64,000 nt of DNA, taken from the IMG/VR virus record IMGVR_UViG_3300032236_002285, positions 310,001-374,000 of that record; one strand, written 5' to 3'. A model generated the notes under the pieces. It did no database searches. It was given only the letters and a program-made list of their open reading frames with translations, and was not told where the DNA came from. The translations under genes were made by a program, and so were the position numbers. This document shows positions 18,736 through 28,827 of this stretch, piece after piece. The first letter of the stretch is position 1; each line of letters starts with the position of its first letter.

Positions 18736-20619
18736 ATGGCAAAAGACGTAATTATTGGAATTGACTTAGGAACTACAAACTCATGTGTAGCTGTAGTTGA
18801 AGGTGGTGAACCAATCGTAATCACCAACTCCGAAGGAAAAAGAACAACTCCTTCAGTTGTCGGATTTACCGACAAAGATAGAAAAATTGGAGACCCTGCG
18901 AAAAGACAGGCTGTTACCAATCCAAAAAATACCGTTTATTCAATTAAAAGATTTATTGGTAAAGACTATTCAGTTTGTACTGATGAAGTAACAAGAGTTC
19001 CTTATCAAGTTGTAAAAGCAGGTAAAAATGTACCAGCTGTTCAAATTGGTGATAGAACTTACACTCCTCAAGAAATCTCTGCTATGATTCTTCAAAAAAT
19101 GAAGAAAACCGCTGAAGACTTCTTAGGATATGAAGTAAAAAGAGCTGTTATCACGGTTCCTGCTTATTTCGGTGACGCTGAAAGAACTGCAACAATCGAA
19201 GCTGGTGAAATTGCTGGTTTGAAAGTTGAGCGTATCATTAATGAACCAACTGCTGCTGCCTTGGCTTATGGCTTGGACAAAAAGAATACAGATTCTAAAA
19301 TCTTAGTGTTCGACTGCGGTGGTGGTACTCATGACGTATCAGTTCTAGAAATTGGTGATGGTGTATTTGAAGTAAAATCTACTGACGGTGATACTCACTT
19401 AGGTGGTGACGACTTTGATAACGCTATTATCTCTTGGATGGTTGATGAATTCAAATCTGAAAACTCAATTGATCTTTCTAAAGATCCTATGGCTCTTCAG
19501 CGTTTGAAAGATGCTGCTGAGAAAGCAAAGATTGAATTATCTTCTACTACTCAGTCAGAAATTAATCTTCCTTATATCACTGCTCAAGATGGTGTTCCTT
19601 TACACTTTGTTAAACAACTTACAAGAGCTAAGTTTGATCAAATGACTTCAAGTCTTGTTGATAGAGCTATAGCTTGTGCTAAGTCTGCTTTGAAAAGTGC
19701 TGGATTAAAACCATCTGACATTGATGAAGTTATTCTTGTTGGTGGTTCTACAAGAATTCCTTCTATTCAAGAAGCATTGGAAAAATACACTGGTAAAAAG
19801 CCAAATAAATCAGTTAACCCTGATGAAGTGGTTGCTTTAGGTGCCGCTATTCAAGGTGCTGTATTAACTGGTGGTATTACCGACGTTCTTCTTCTTGATG
19901 TAACTCCACTATCACTTGGTATTGAGACAATGGGTAGTGTAATGACGAGATTGATTGAAGCTAACACTACAATCCCTACTCGTAAAACTGAAACATTCTC
20001 TACTGCTTCTGACAATCAACCATCTGTAGAAATTCACGTTCTACAAGGTGAGAGACCAATGGCTAAGGATAACCGTTCTCTTGGTAAATTCCATCTTGAT
20101 GGTATTATGCCAGCACCGAGAGGTATTCCTCAAGTAGAGGTAACATTAGATATTGATGCTAATGGTGTACTTTCAGTATCTGCTAAAGACAAAGCATCTG
20201 GTAAGGAAAACAAAATCCGTATCGAAGGTGGTTCTCAATTGTCTAAAGAAGAAATTGAAAGAATGAAAGCTGAGGCTGAAGCAAATGCTGAATCAGATCG
20301 TCTTGAGAGAGAAAAGGTTGAAAAGTTAAATATGGCTGATAACCTTATCTTTCAAACAGAGAAACAAATTAAAGAGTACTCTGAAAAATTAACTGAAGAT
20401 GATAAGTCAAATCTTAATGCTGATTTAGAAACTTTGAAAAAAGCACACTCTGAAAAAGACATTACAGCTATTGATGATGCCTCTCAAAAATTGAATTCAA
20501 CTTGGCAAACAATCTCAACAAGATTGTATCAAGAAGCTCAATCAGAACCACAAACTTCAAACACTAACACTGGTAATGGCGGTGATGTTGAAGATACTTC
20601 CTATGAAGAAGTTAAGTAA
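18736..20619 (+). CDS. dnaK: DnaK (Hsp70) chaperone
   Basis: [53 protein letters not shown]. Confidence 0.98.
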   Translation: MAKDVIIGIDLGTTNSCVAVVEGGEPIVITNSEGKRTTPSVVGFTDKDRKIGDPAKRQAVTNPKNTVYSIKRFIGKDYSVCTDEVTRVPYQVVKAGKNVPAVQIGDRTYTPQEISAMILQKMKKTAEDFLGYEVKRAVITVPAYFGDAERTATIEAGEIAGLKVERIINEPTAAALAYGLDKKNTDSKILVFDCGGGTHDVSVLEIGDGVFEVKSTDGDTHLGGDDFDNAIISWMVDEFKSENSIDLSKDPMALQRLKDAAEKAKIELSSTTQSEINLPYITAQDGVPLHFVKQLTRAKFDQMTSSLVDRAIACAKSALKSAGLKPSDIDEVILVGGSTRIPSIQEALEKYTGKKPNKSVNPDEVVALGAAIQGAVLTGGITDVLLLDVTPLSLGIETMGSVMTRLIEANTTIPTRKTETFSTASDNQPSVEIHVLQGERPMAKDNRSLGKFHLDGIMPAPRGIPQVEVTLDIDANGVLSVSAKDKASGKENKIRIEGGSQLSKEEIERMKAEAEANAESDRLEREKVEKLNMADNLIFQTEKQIKEYSEKLTEDDKSNLNADLETLKKAHSEKDITAIDDASQKLNSTWQTISTRLYQEAQSEPQTSNTNTGNGGDVEDTSYEEVK

Positions 20620-20631
20620 TGTCTACTTTTA

Positions 20632-20720
20632 GGTCGTAAGTCAGGGAAAGGAACGGATCGGAAACCTCTTAGAAATAAGGTAAGAAACAAAGAAAATATC
20701 CTGATGTTTTGACCCCGTTC
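20632..20720 (+). ncRNA. Candidate pseudoknotted structured RNA between dnaK and its terminator
   Basis: GGTC/GACC and GTCAGG/CCTGAT helices; GAACGG (20651-56) with CCGTTC (20715-20) pseudoknot; GAAA-capped hairpin. Confidence 0.45.
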
Positions 20721-20740
20721 AAGTTAAAGACAGAAAAACT

Positions 20741-20772
20741 AAAAACCCAGTCAAATGACTGGGTTTTTTTAT
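20741..20772. terminator. Bidirectional intrinsic terminator
   Basis: AAAAACCCAGTCA-AA-TGACTGGGTTTTTTT. Confidence 0.85.
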
Positions 20773-20773
20773 T

Positions 20774-22006
20774 TTAATTTTCTTCATATCCACCATCGGT
20801 ATCTTTTAGATATCTATCATATCCTATACTAGGATCATTACTAATTCTATAATTATCTAAATTAAGATAACACATTGTATCACAATAAGGATAATATTCA
20901 AAATCAGCAGAATCTAAATCAACTTTTATAGTAGCTTCTTTTATAGTTGAACCATCTGTAATTGATTCTTCTGGTTCCATTGATTGTCTTTTTTTATACC
21001 ACCAACCATTCTTTTCAGCAAATTGCTTGAATAGTTCAACATCAGCATCTTGTGATGTATAAATTCTATCCATGAATTTAATCGGTTGACCATCAGCCTT
21101 AGCATCCCAAAGGATTGCTCTACCTTTAATCAAAAAATCTGTATATTTACCGTCAGTAATTGTACCACCATCACCATAAAGAATAACTAATGACACTTGA
21201 CTATTTTGTGTATAAATATCAAAATAATCAGAATCAACTGAGGCCATACAAGAGTTATTTAGTGAACCACCACCATCAACATATTTTTCTGAATCATACC
21301 AATAAGCAATTTTACTACCTTTAACTATATCAAATTGTTTAAGTGCATCTTTTGCAAAGTCATAAGTTGCTTTATAAGTATTAGTAAATTGTTCTAATTC
21401 GGTATCTGTTATTGGTATTTTAGCCGCTGTTAAAATAGCTCTTGCTACTCTACCGATTTTAATATTATTTCTTGATGTTGACCAAATTCTTTGATCCTCA
21501 GCATCAGTTGGTTCCATAGCTTCCTTATTAATAACACCTATTTTCTCACCATTATATTCTTTGAACATAACAAATATTTTACCAGATGTTCTACTAACCG
21601 TTTCCGATAGAATAACGCCTATTTCACCAACAGAAGGTGACCAGCAATTATATTTTTTCTTATCATAACCAAGTGCACTGAATATACTATCATTTCTATC
21701 ACTACTTGTAAGGTATCTACCACCATCAATTATTTTCCAGGTTTCTGGTCTATCTTTAATAATATCTTGAACTTTTCTATCAGGAGTAAAGCTAACAGCA
21801 TCTTTAGCATCAGTAATATCAATATAGTTTTGAGCAATACCATCAACATCTTTTGAATAAAGACTTAGTAATTGACTTGCTATTTTATTAGCTTTCATTT
21901 TACTTAGCAAGTTTATAAACTTTTTAGAGTAAATAACCTTGGACTCAAGTAAAATATCATAAATTGCTTTTTCTGAAATAAAATCTCCGTATTTAAGAAC
22001 ACTCAT
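20774..22006 (-). CDS. Hypothetical phage protein with CTS-like N-terminus (MSVLKYGDFISE)
   Basis: LNNSCM, GRAILW, FMDRIY and YPYCDT motifs; TAATATATA at 22029-22037. Confidence 0.75.
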   Translation of the reverse strand: MSVLKYGDFISEKAIYDILLESKVIYSKKFINLLSKMKANKIASQLLSLYSKDVDGIAQNYIDITDAKDAVSFTPDRKVQDIIKDRPETWKIIDGGRYLTSSDRNDSIFSALGYDKKKYNCWSPSVGEIGVILSETVSRTSGKIFVMFKEYNGEKIGVINKEAMEPTDAEDQRIWSTSRNNIKIGRVARAILTAAKIPITDTELEQFTNTYKATYDFAKDALKQFDIVKGSKIAYWYDSEKYVDGGGSLNNSCMASVDSDYFDIYTQNSQVSLVILYGDGGTITDGKYTDFLIKGRAILWDAKADGQPIKFMDRIYTSQDADVELFKQFAEKNGWWYKKRQSMEPEESITDGSTIKEATIKVDLDSADFEYYPYCDTMCYLNLDNYRISNDPSIGYDRYLKDTDGGYEEN

Positions 22007-22114
22007 AATAAAAATATTTTTGTTAGAATATATATTAATTTTAAAAATTTCAATATTTGATTTTTAATGATTTTAATACAATAATATATAAATTATAAAA
22101 ATAACCCCAAAAAA

Positions 22115-22354
22115 ATGAAAGATAAAGTAGCTGATATAATCAGAATTTTAGGTATGGGCTTTAATGAGCTTGTCTTTGACTTTGAAGTTGATGGTGTAGA
22201 CTTCAATTCAATTGAGTGGGATCCTGAACAAGATAAAGTATTTCTTCATATCTTTGATGATGAAAATGAAATGGACCATCATTGTGATTTTGAGGGCATG
22301 GACATTGATAAACAAATCAAAGTTTATAAAATACTATCTGTTTTTTTAAATTAA
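22115..22354 (+). CDS. Small acidic hypothetical protein
   Basis: ORF track; TAATATATA at 22082-22090. Confidence 0.65.
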   Translation: MKDKVADIIRILGMGFNELVFDFEVDGVDFNSIEWDPEQDKVFLHIFDDENEMDHHCDFEGMDIDKQIKVYKILSVFLN

Positions 22355-23331
22355 AGACTATTTAACATTTGAATCATTTCTTTCTGTGGAAAGATATCAA
22401 AAACATCTTTTCTTACATGAGAATGACTTCTTATGCCACCATTTGAAATGTACAAAGAATTATAGTTAAACCAATTCTCATTATAAATTTTACCTTCAAT
22501 TGTAATAGCATTTTTATTGATTAGATAAATAATTAAGCTTCTAGCACTATCTAACTGAGCATCTGTATATCTTTCAAAATAATCATAACCTCTAAAAGTT
22601 CTATCTAATTTAACGACATCTTTTTCGTTAACTAATTTATTAACTGAGTTATAGAATCTACCATCAACACCTAATGTTAATGGACCATAATTACAAAATT
22701 CAATACCTATTGATTTAGAGTTAAGATCTAAAGATTGATTATTAGTAATCCCTAAATGGTATGCCCAGTATTTATCATCAAATGTGTTTAATACTTTACC
22801 ATCCCAGATTGTTTCATCAGTTGAAGATGATTTTCTACCAATAATATAAGAAACTCCAACTTTTAATGGCTTAACTCCACCATTTTGGTCTAATACCAAA
22901 TTACCACCTAAATCTTTCTCAAATTCTTTATCCCATCCATTAACACTCCAATCAGGACGAGAACCACCACCAGTATTGTGTAGCCAAATAGTTTCTTTTT
23001 TAGTAATTTCTTGGTAGTATGAGTCAGGTGATAAAGGATAATTATAAATAGTCAACCCGTTTTGATTTGAATAAGATATATCATATGGTATTTCATTTTG
23101 AGAAACTATAGGTTTACCATAATTCATTAAATTATTCCAAGTAAGAGAACCAACAACACCATCAGATTTAGTGCCGATAGCTCTTTGGAAATTAGTAACT
23201 GAAACTAAAAGATTTTGACCAAAATAACCATCAATTCTTTCATTAAAGAATCCGTTTTCTTTTAGCATTGTCTGTAATAAAGTAACATCTTCACCAGACA
23301 TTTTTAATGTTAATATTCTTTTTAGTTTCAT
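22351..23331 (-). CDS. Endolysin-like: peptidoglycan-binding domain plus N-acetylmuramoyl-L-alanine amidase
   Basis: PG_binding_1 (GEDVTLLQ...DGYFG...NFQR...DGVVG); Amidase_2 motifs LHNT, WAYHLG, SIGIEFCN, SHSHV; late promoter at 23336-23344. Confidence 0.8.
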   Translation of the reverse strand: MKLKRILTLKMSGEDVTLLQTMLKENGFFNERIDGYFGQNLLVSVTNFQRAIGTKSDGVVGSLTWNNLMNYGKPIVSQNEIPYDISYSNQNGLTIYNYPLSPDSYYQEITKKETIWLHNTGGGSRPDWSVNGWDKEFEKDLGGNLVLDQNGGVKPLKVGVSYIIGRKSSSTDETIWDGKVLNTFDDKYWAYHLGITNNQSLDLNSKSIGIEFCNYGPLTLGVDGRFYNSVNKLVNEKDVVKLDRTFRGYDYFERYTDAQLDSARSLIIYLINKNAITIEGKIYNENWFNYNSLYISNGGIRSHSHVRKDVFDIFPQKEMIQMLNSL

Positions 23332-23345
23332 AACTTATATATTAA

Positions 23346-23852
23346 TTATTGCTTATATCTTTGTGCGTTTTGTTGCTCTAAAAATGCTTTTAAATCTTCA
23401 TATCTAACCGATCCAGGATTCATCTTAACCAAATCAGCATTTCCGGTTGTTTTAGTCTCAACTTTCTTTTCAGCACTTGCTTTTACTCTTTCTTCATGTT
23501 CATCTTCAACTTTCTTCAGAATATGACCTAAGTAAAAATCTATGCCTTTTTCTTTTATTAGTTCAAAATCAACATTGATTATAAACTCTTCATGTTCTGG
23601 TCCAACATAAACAGCAATTAAAGGCTCCTTAATGAAAACATCAACATAAAATTTTATATCACCTACATTTCCTTGAGCATAGATAGTTGTCCTATATTGA
23701 GTATTATAATAATAAGCAAATTTATCTCTATCGTTAAATTCTCTATTTCCGTTTTTATCAACGGTTGATGCTAAACCCAGATTAGTTTTGAAGTATCTAC
23801 ATCTTTTAACTTCTTGCATCACAACAGAATTAGTTACCACATTATATGCCAT
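23346..23852 (-). CDS. Hypothetical protein
   Basis: ORF track. Confidence 0.7.
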   Translation of the reverse strand: MAYNVVTNSVVMQEVKRCRYFKTNLGLASTVDKNGNREFNDRDKFAYYYNTQYRTTIYAQGNVGDIKFYVDVFIKEPLIAVYVGPEHEEFIINVDFELIKEKGIDFYLGHILKKVEDEHEERVKASAEKKVETKTTGNADLVKMNPGSVRYEDLKAFLEQQNAQRYKQ

Positions 23853-23914
23853 AGTAACTTATTTATTAAATAGTAGAAGTTTCCTTATTTTAATAAATAA
23901 TGTATATTTGCAAA

Positions 23915-24100
23915 ATGAAAATATTGGACTTAAATAAAATAAACTATGATGTTTATAGATTTATATCAGATAATCAAAATAAATTACCAGTTTGTATAGT
24001 TTCAGAAAGTATAGATTCTTTGAAAAAATCAATAATGATTTTAGAAGAACATGATTTTAAGTTTAGATTGGACGGGTTAAAAATAATTGTATTTGAATAG
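23915..24100 (+). CDS. Small hypothetical protein
   Basis: TATATTTG at 23903-23910, then ATG 23915; ends in TAG. Confidence 0.6.
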   Translation: MKILDLNKINYDVYRFISDNQNKLPVCIVSESIDSLKKSIMILEEHDFKFRLDGLKIIVFE

Positions 24101-24664
24101 TTATTCAGTTTCGATTTCAAATTCCTCTTCTTCACCAAATTTATCATCCATTTCAATTTTTAAATCAACTAGAAACTCTTCATCAATCTTTTTAATTTCA
24201 ACATTCTTTGTTATCTGACCAATAACTTCAAATGTATCAAGGTCGTATTTTTTGAATTTAATGTAACACTTCTCAATATCTTCATATGAGAAGTCTTTAT
24301 TAGGATCTTTTGGTAAAGCTTCTTTAATATCAATAGCTATGAAAAGATTATAAGTAGCCTCATCATCAGAAAATTTAACGGTTAGATTATCATACATTTT
24401 TGAGTATTTAGATATCTCAGAACTTTCAAGTCTAACGCCTAAATCTTTTAACGACATCTTAGATTTATCCTTAGCTTCAGCCTTAGCTCTTTTAATAGAT
24501 TTTTCAGTTTTACCTTCTTCTGATGGTTCTTCTGACTCATTTTCTTGAAATTCAAACATCTTATCAATCTTTCTTTTGATTTGCTTTAAAGCAAGCTCAA
24601 CATAAGACTCCGGAGTGTCATTCATTTCTTCGTTAATAAAATCCGCATATTTTCTAATTTTCAT
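24101..24664 (-). CDS. Acidic hypothetical protein with CTS-like N-terminus (MKIRKYADFINEE)
   Basis: ORF track; TAATATATA at 24669-24677. Confidence 0.75.
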   Translation of the reverse strand: MKIRKYADFINEEMNDTPESYVELALKQIKRKIDKMFEFQENESEEPSEEGKTEKSIKRAKAEAKDKSKMSLKDLGVRLESSEISKYSKMYDNLTVKFSDDEATYNLFIAIDIKEALPKDPNKDFSYEDIEKCYIKFKKYDLDTFEVIGQITKNVEIKKIDEEFLVDLKIEMDDKFGEEEEFEIETE

Positions 24665-24688
24665 AATGTATATATTAAAAATAATTCC

Positions 24689-25480
24689 TTATTTATTAGT
24701 TTGCCAATAGTTTTTACCTGGCATTTCTAATTTATTTTTTTTAATACACCAAGTTACTTGCCTTGGTGTTACATTCAGCTCTTTGGCTATTTTTGGAACT
24801 GACATCTTCCAGATTAATGGTTTAATTAGTTCTAATAATTCACTATCATCCTTGAAATAACCATCTTTTCTTTTTTCTTTTGTTTTAAGAAAAACATTTT
24901 TGTAAAAATCCTCTAGATCGGATTTCAGATATTCTTCTCTTTTCTCATCGAAGTTTATAAAGCAATGTTTGCCTATTAGATATAGAGCAACCTTATCATA
25001 CATCTCAGCCGCTTCAATTTCACTATTTGTAAATTTAATTTTTGATATTAAATTATTATCAAATCTACACATCCAAGATTTCTTGCTTTCTTTCCAATAA
25101 ACACCTTTATACTTTGAAGATTTTTTGTTATCTGGTTTATAATCAGTTCCTATTCTAAATGTAGATAAGTGTTTTTTTAATTCATCGTCTACAAATTTAT
25201 TATCACCACAACCTCTTATATTATATCCATTTGGTCTATAGGTGTTATACTTTTCAGCATATTTAATTTCTAATTTATTTAATTCATCTATATCCTTAAT
25301 ATTATCTTCTATTATTTCAAAATCAAAATTTTCTATACCATATTTATTAACAGCATTTTTAAGAATTAAATTATGTGTATATTTTACCCAGTCACCTCTA
25401 TACCTCTTATTAAAACTCACAACAGATTGACCTATATAAGATTTCCCATTTATTTTATTAAAAATTCTATAAATTATCAT
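24689..25480 (-). mobile_element. Free-standing GIY-YIG homing endonuclease with AP2-like DNA-binding domain
   Basis: IYRIFNKINGKSYIGQS; SSKYKGVYW...EAAEMYD. Confidence 0.8.
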
Positions 25481-25512
25481 ATACTATATATTATTTTTAG
25501 TATATTTGTATC

Positions 25513-26439
25513 ATGGGTAATATAGGATATTGTTGTATTAATATCTCGTTGAACGAGAGTAAGAGTAAGAAAGACCAAGTAACGGTCAATAGAGGAATGA
25601 CCAAAAAAACATTTGAGACTAAAGGTCTTGAATATGTATCTGAGTTAGCAATACAGAATATTAATGATTTTGAAAAAATACTTCAATGGAATTTTAGAAA
25701 CAATATTCTTGTTTATAGAATGTCAAGTGATATGTTTCCATGTATTGGCTTCTATAAATTAGAAGATTTGCCAAACTTTAAGATTATATCTAATAAGTTA
25801 AAATTAATAGGTGATTACTCAAAATCTAAAGGAATGAGACTTTCCTTCCACCCAACTCACTTCTGTATTCCAGCTAGTGAAAACCCAGTTGTTGTAAAAA
25901 ACGCTATTGATGAATTGAATAAACATGCCCAAATAATGGATTTAATGGGACTAGAACAGACACATTACTATCCAATCAATATACATGTCAACACAACTAA
26001 ACCAACAAGAGAGGAAGCGGCTGAGAGATTTTGCCTTCAATTTTATAATCTAAGTGAATCTTGTCAAAAAAGATTAGTAGTTGAAAATGATGATGGTCCA
26101 AATCAATATTCAACTAAAATTTTATATGATTTGATTTATAAAAAAATAGGAATTCCTATTACACATGATTTTCATCATCATAACTACGGACCTCAGGATA
26201 TCTCACAGGAAGAAGCAATTAGACTTGCCTGTTCTACCTGGGGTGATATAACACCAATGACTCATATGAGTTCACCAAAAACATTAGAAGATAATTCAGG
26301 AAAACAAACAGCCCATGCAGATTATATTTATGAAGAAATTAAAACGTTCGGTCTTGACTTTGATACAGAAATTGAGGCGAAAGCAAAAGACCTCGCAGTT
26401 ATTAGATACAGAAATCAGTTTAAAGTTCTCAAAGGGTGA
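25513..26439 (+). CDS. uvsE: UV damage endonuclease (UVDE)
   Basis: GYCCIN, YRMSSDMFP, RLSFHP, LVVENDD, DFHHH, H.S, HADY, EAKAKD; TATATTTG at 25501-25508. Confidence 0.9.
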   Translation: MGNIGYCCINISLNESKSKKDQVTVNRGMTKKTFETKGLEYVSELAIQNINDFEKILQWNFRNNILVYRMSSDMFPCIGFYKLEDLPNFKIISNKLKLIGDYSKSKGMRLSFHPTHFCIPASENPVVVKNAIDELNKHAQIMDLMGLEQTHYYPINIHVNTTKPTREEAAERFCLQFYNLSESCQKRLVVENDDGPNQYSTKILYDLIYKKIGIPITHDFHHHNYGPQDISQEEAIRLACSTWGDITPMTHMSSPKTLEDNSGKQTAHADYIYEEIKTFGLDFDTEIEAKAKDLAVIRYRNQFKVLKG

Positions 26440-26674
26440 TCGTGTTGTTATAATGTCACGAGCTTATGAGGATCTTAAATATCGAACTGGTGAAATAGTT
26501 GCTGGTGGGAAATCAACGCCTGACTTAAATATCTATAGAGTTGCTTTAGATTTATATCCAAGTGGATATCAAATACAACAGCATCTAATTCCTATTGTAT
26601 TTGCAGAAGAGGAATTAGCATTTGAAGATAACTCTAAAGAAAGGGATTGGAAACTTAAAAAAGTATTAAATTGA
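26315..26674 (+). CDS. Hypothetical SH3/KOW-like protein with C-terminal tag (RDWKLKKVLN); true start uncertain
   Basis: FSKGDRV..GEIV..Y.V pattern; the 5' part overlaps uvsE. Confidence 0.55.
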   Translation: MQIIFMKKLKRSVLTLIQKLRRKQKTSQLLDTEISLKFSKGDRVVIMSRAYEDLKYRTGEIVAGGKSTPDLNIYRVALDLYPSGYQIQQHLIPIVFAEEELAFEDNSKERDWKLKKVLN

Positions 26675-27003
26675 TAAAGAAACTATTATCTATATTCAAG
26701 AAAGATAAGGTAGAAAATACTTTTGGTTTTATCAAATTTGAAAGAGGTGATGAAGTTAAGGTAACTATTTACTCAGAAGTGCCAGAATTTTGGTACATCG
26801 GTAAAATATTAGATATCAATGCTAGATATGCTGTTCCTTCAATCCAAGAAAGCTGGCGAGTTGAATACTATGTTTCTTTTAAGAACAATAATGGTAATGT
26901 ATTGAAATATTGGTTTCTAGAATCTGAGTTAAAAAAATACTCTTTACAAGAAGAAAGAAATTCAGTTATTGATATGATATTAAAAGAAAAAGAGAGTCAA
27001 TGA
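26671..27003 (+). CDS. Hypothetical SH3/KOW-like protein with near-C-terminal tag (RNSVIDMIL)
   Basis: FERGDEV...GKI...YYV...ESEL pattern; TTG start. Confidence 0.65.
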   Translation: MIKKLLSIFKKDKVENTFGFIKFERGDEVKVTIYSEVPEFWYIGKILDINARYAVPSIQESWRVEYYVSFKNNNGNVLKYWFLESELKKYSLQEERNSVIDMILKEKESQ

Positions 27004-27015
27004 CTCTCTTTTTTT
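26985..27015. terminator. Bidirectional intrinsic terminator
   Basis: AAAAAGAGAGTCA-A-TGACTCTCTTTTTT. Confidence 0.75.
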
Positions 27016-27019
27016 AATA

Positions 27020-27487
27020 CTATACTTTTTGTTTTTTGGCATTTTCCTTTTCTTTTTCAAGTTCTTCTGGGTGAAGTAAGCCTCTTCCATAAGTTTTAAA
27101 TCTCTCTGAGTATCTTGTTTTAACTCTTTCAGATATTGGTATTGGTGAACCTTCTTCATCAAGTTTTACAAATACCATTTTTGTGGAGCATACTAAATCT
27201 TGTTTTCCAGTATGTACATTGTGCTTTCTTGCTTCTAAATCTATTGTTACTGAAGTATTACCAAATTTATTTACTTTAGCATAGATTTTAATAAGATTTC
27301 CAACTTTAACTGGACTTTTGAAAACTACTTCTTCAATTTTCATTGTGACCATCTTAGCTGAGTCACAAACCTGACAGGCATACGCTGCTGCCGCTTCATC
27401 TAAGAATGACATCATTGATCCACCAAATAAATTCCCGTGGACTCCTAAGTCTAATGCCATACAGATTTTTGTTGTTACTAATTCCAT
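27020..27487 (-). CDS. Acyl-CoA thioesterase (hotdog fold, YciA-like)
   Basis: HGNLFGGSMMSFLDEAAA, VVFKSPVKVG, KFGNTS. Confidence 0.88.
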   Translation of the reverse strand: MELVTTKICMALDLGVHGNLFGGSMMSFLDEAAAAYACQVCDSAKMVTMKIEEVVFKSPVKVGNLIKIYAKVNKFGNTSVTIDLEARKHNVHTGKQDLVCSTKMVFVKLDEEGSPIPISERVKTRYSERFKTYGRGLLHPEELEKEKENAKKQKV

Positions 27488-27488
27488 A

Positions 27489-27992
27489 TTATTTTAATAT
27501 TTCTTCTAATTTATTATCTCTTTCTTCATATTTTTCTGTTATATCAGCATATCTAACCCTATATGATGAACTTAAAGCAACTAAGTCAACATATTTAATA
27601 ATAGAAAACATAACAAATGTTCTCCATCTGCTTTTTTCAAAAAAATCATTGATTAATTCATCTGACTCAAATTCTTTTGTTATACAATTGTAGCTCCTTG
27701 AAACTATTTCATTATTCTCTACTTTCATTATATTAAAAGAAGGTAATGAAGTAACATAAGAAATTTTACTCCAATGTCTATCTAAAAATTGACCTAACCA
27801 AATTGATGGGTCAATAGTTGCTATTTGAACATTATTGTTGTCATTCCCCATTCGGAAGCAATTATCAATAAGTATTTTTATACCTTCAAGATTATTTTCA
27901 CCAACAGGATAAACCTGTATTGATTTAGCATCAATATTAGGTGATATATTAGCTGATGATTTAATATTTTGTAAAAGTTCTTTGAATATCAT
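27489..27992 (-). CDS. Hypothetical protein with C-terminal tag (RDNKLEEILK)
   Basis: ORF track. Confidence 0.7.
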   Translation of the reverse strand: MIFKELLQNIKSSANISPNIDAKSIQVYPVGENNLEGIKILIDNCFRMGNDNNNVQIATIDPSIWLGQFLDRHWSKISYVTSLPSFNIMKVENNEIVSRSYNCITKEFESDELINDFFEKSRWRTFVMFSIIKYVDLVALSSSYRVRYADITEKYEERDNKLEEILK

Positions 27993-27994
27993 AT

Positions 27995-28720
27995 CTATTT
28001 TATGTAATAATATAATTTAAGTTTATCACCCCAAGAAACTTCTACATTAAATTCTTCCTTCATTATTTTACAATCTCTAATATCTCTGGATGATATAAAA
28101 TGACAATTCTTAGGTAGTGACTCATAAATATCTAATACCAATTTATCATCAAAACTAACATCGTTCATAAAAACAATTGTTGCTATAGATGTGTCAAAAT
28201 CTTTAATATCTTTATTAATAAAGAAAACTGAATTATTTTCCGGAAGAATTTGTTGCTTTATATACTTAGCATAGTTATTTCTATGAGTAAGTATTTCAAC
28301 ACCAACTAATGTTTTTATATTAGACATTATAGCGGTGTGTAAAACTAACTTACCACAACCAGAACCAATATCAACAAAAACGTCTTTTTCTTTTGGTTTT
28401 TTATACTTATTGATTTTACTAATTATAGTATCAACACCGGTTCTTAAAATCTCACCATAAACAAAATTATTATCATAATCACCTTTATAAGTAAAATGTT
28501 TATTAATACGGCTGTCTCTTTTAGTGATATTTTCTAGTTTGAACTTTTCTTCTGATGAATATTCATCCCAAGTACCAAGTAATTCACAAATAGCCTTGAT
28601 GCTAAATAAGTTATTCTTATAAAGCTGATCTAATTTAGAATTATCTAATAATGCTTTAAGTTCTTTATTCACCAAATAATCTTTTAATTTTTTCTTTTCT
28701 AATACTTTTTCGCAAATCAT
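27995..28720 (-). CDS. Class I SAM-dependent methyltransferase, DOT1-like
   Basis: VYGEI, VFVDIGSGCGKLV, VGVEI, FMND; ATG 28720 preferred; ends in TAG. Confidence 0.7.
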   Translation of the reverse strand: MICEKVLEKKKLKDYLVNKELKALLDNSKLDQLYKNNLFSIKAICELLGTWDEYSSEEKFKLENITKRDSRINKHFTYKGDYDNNFVYGEILRTGVDTIISKINKYKKPKEKDVFVDIGSGCGKLVLHTAIMSNIKTLVGVEILTHRNNYAKYIKQQILPENNSVFFINKDIKDFDTSIATIVFMNDVSFDDKLVLDIYESLPKNCHFISSRDIRDCKIMKEEFNVEVSWGDKLKLYYYIK

Positions 28721-28827
28721 TAATAATATTAGCAACAGCTGATGAGATAACCATATAGTTGCCACTTCCTCTTGTAGATGCTTTATGAATCTTTTCAGAA
28801 GCCATTAATAACTTATCCATTAGTTCC

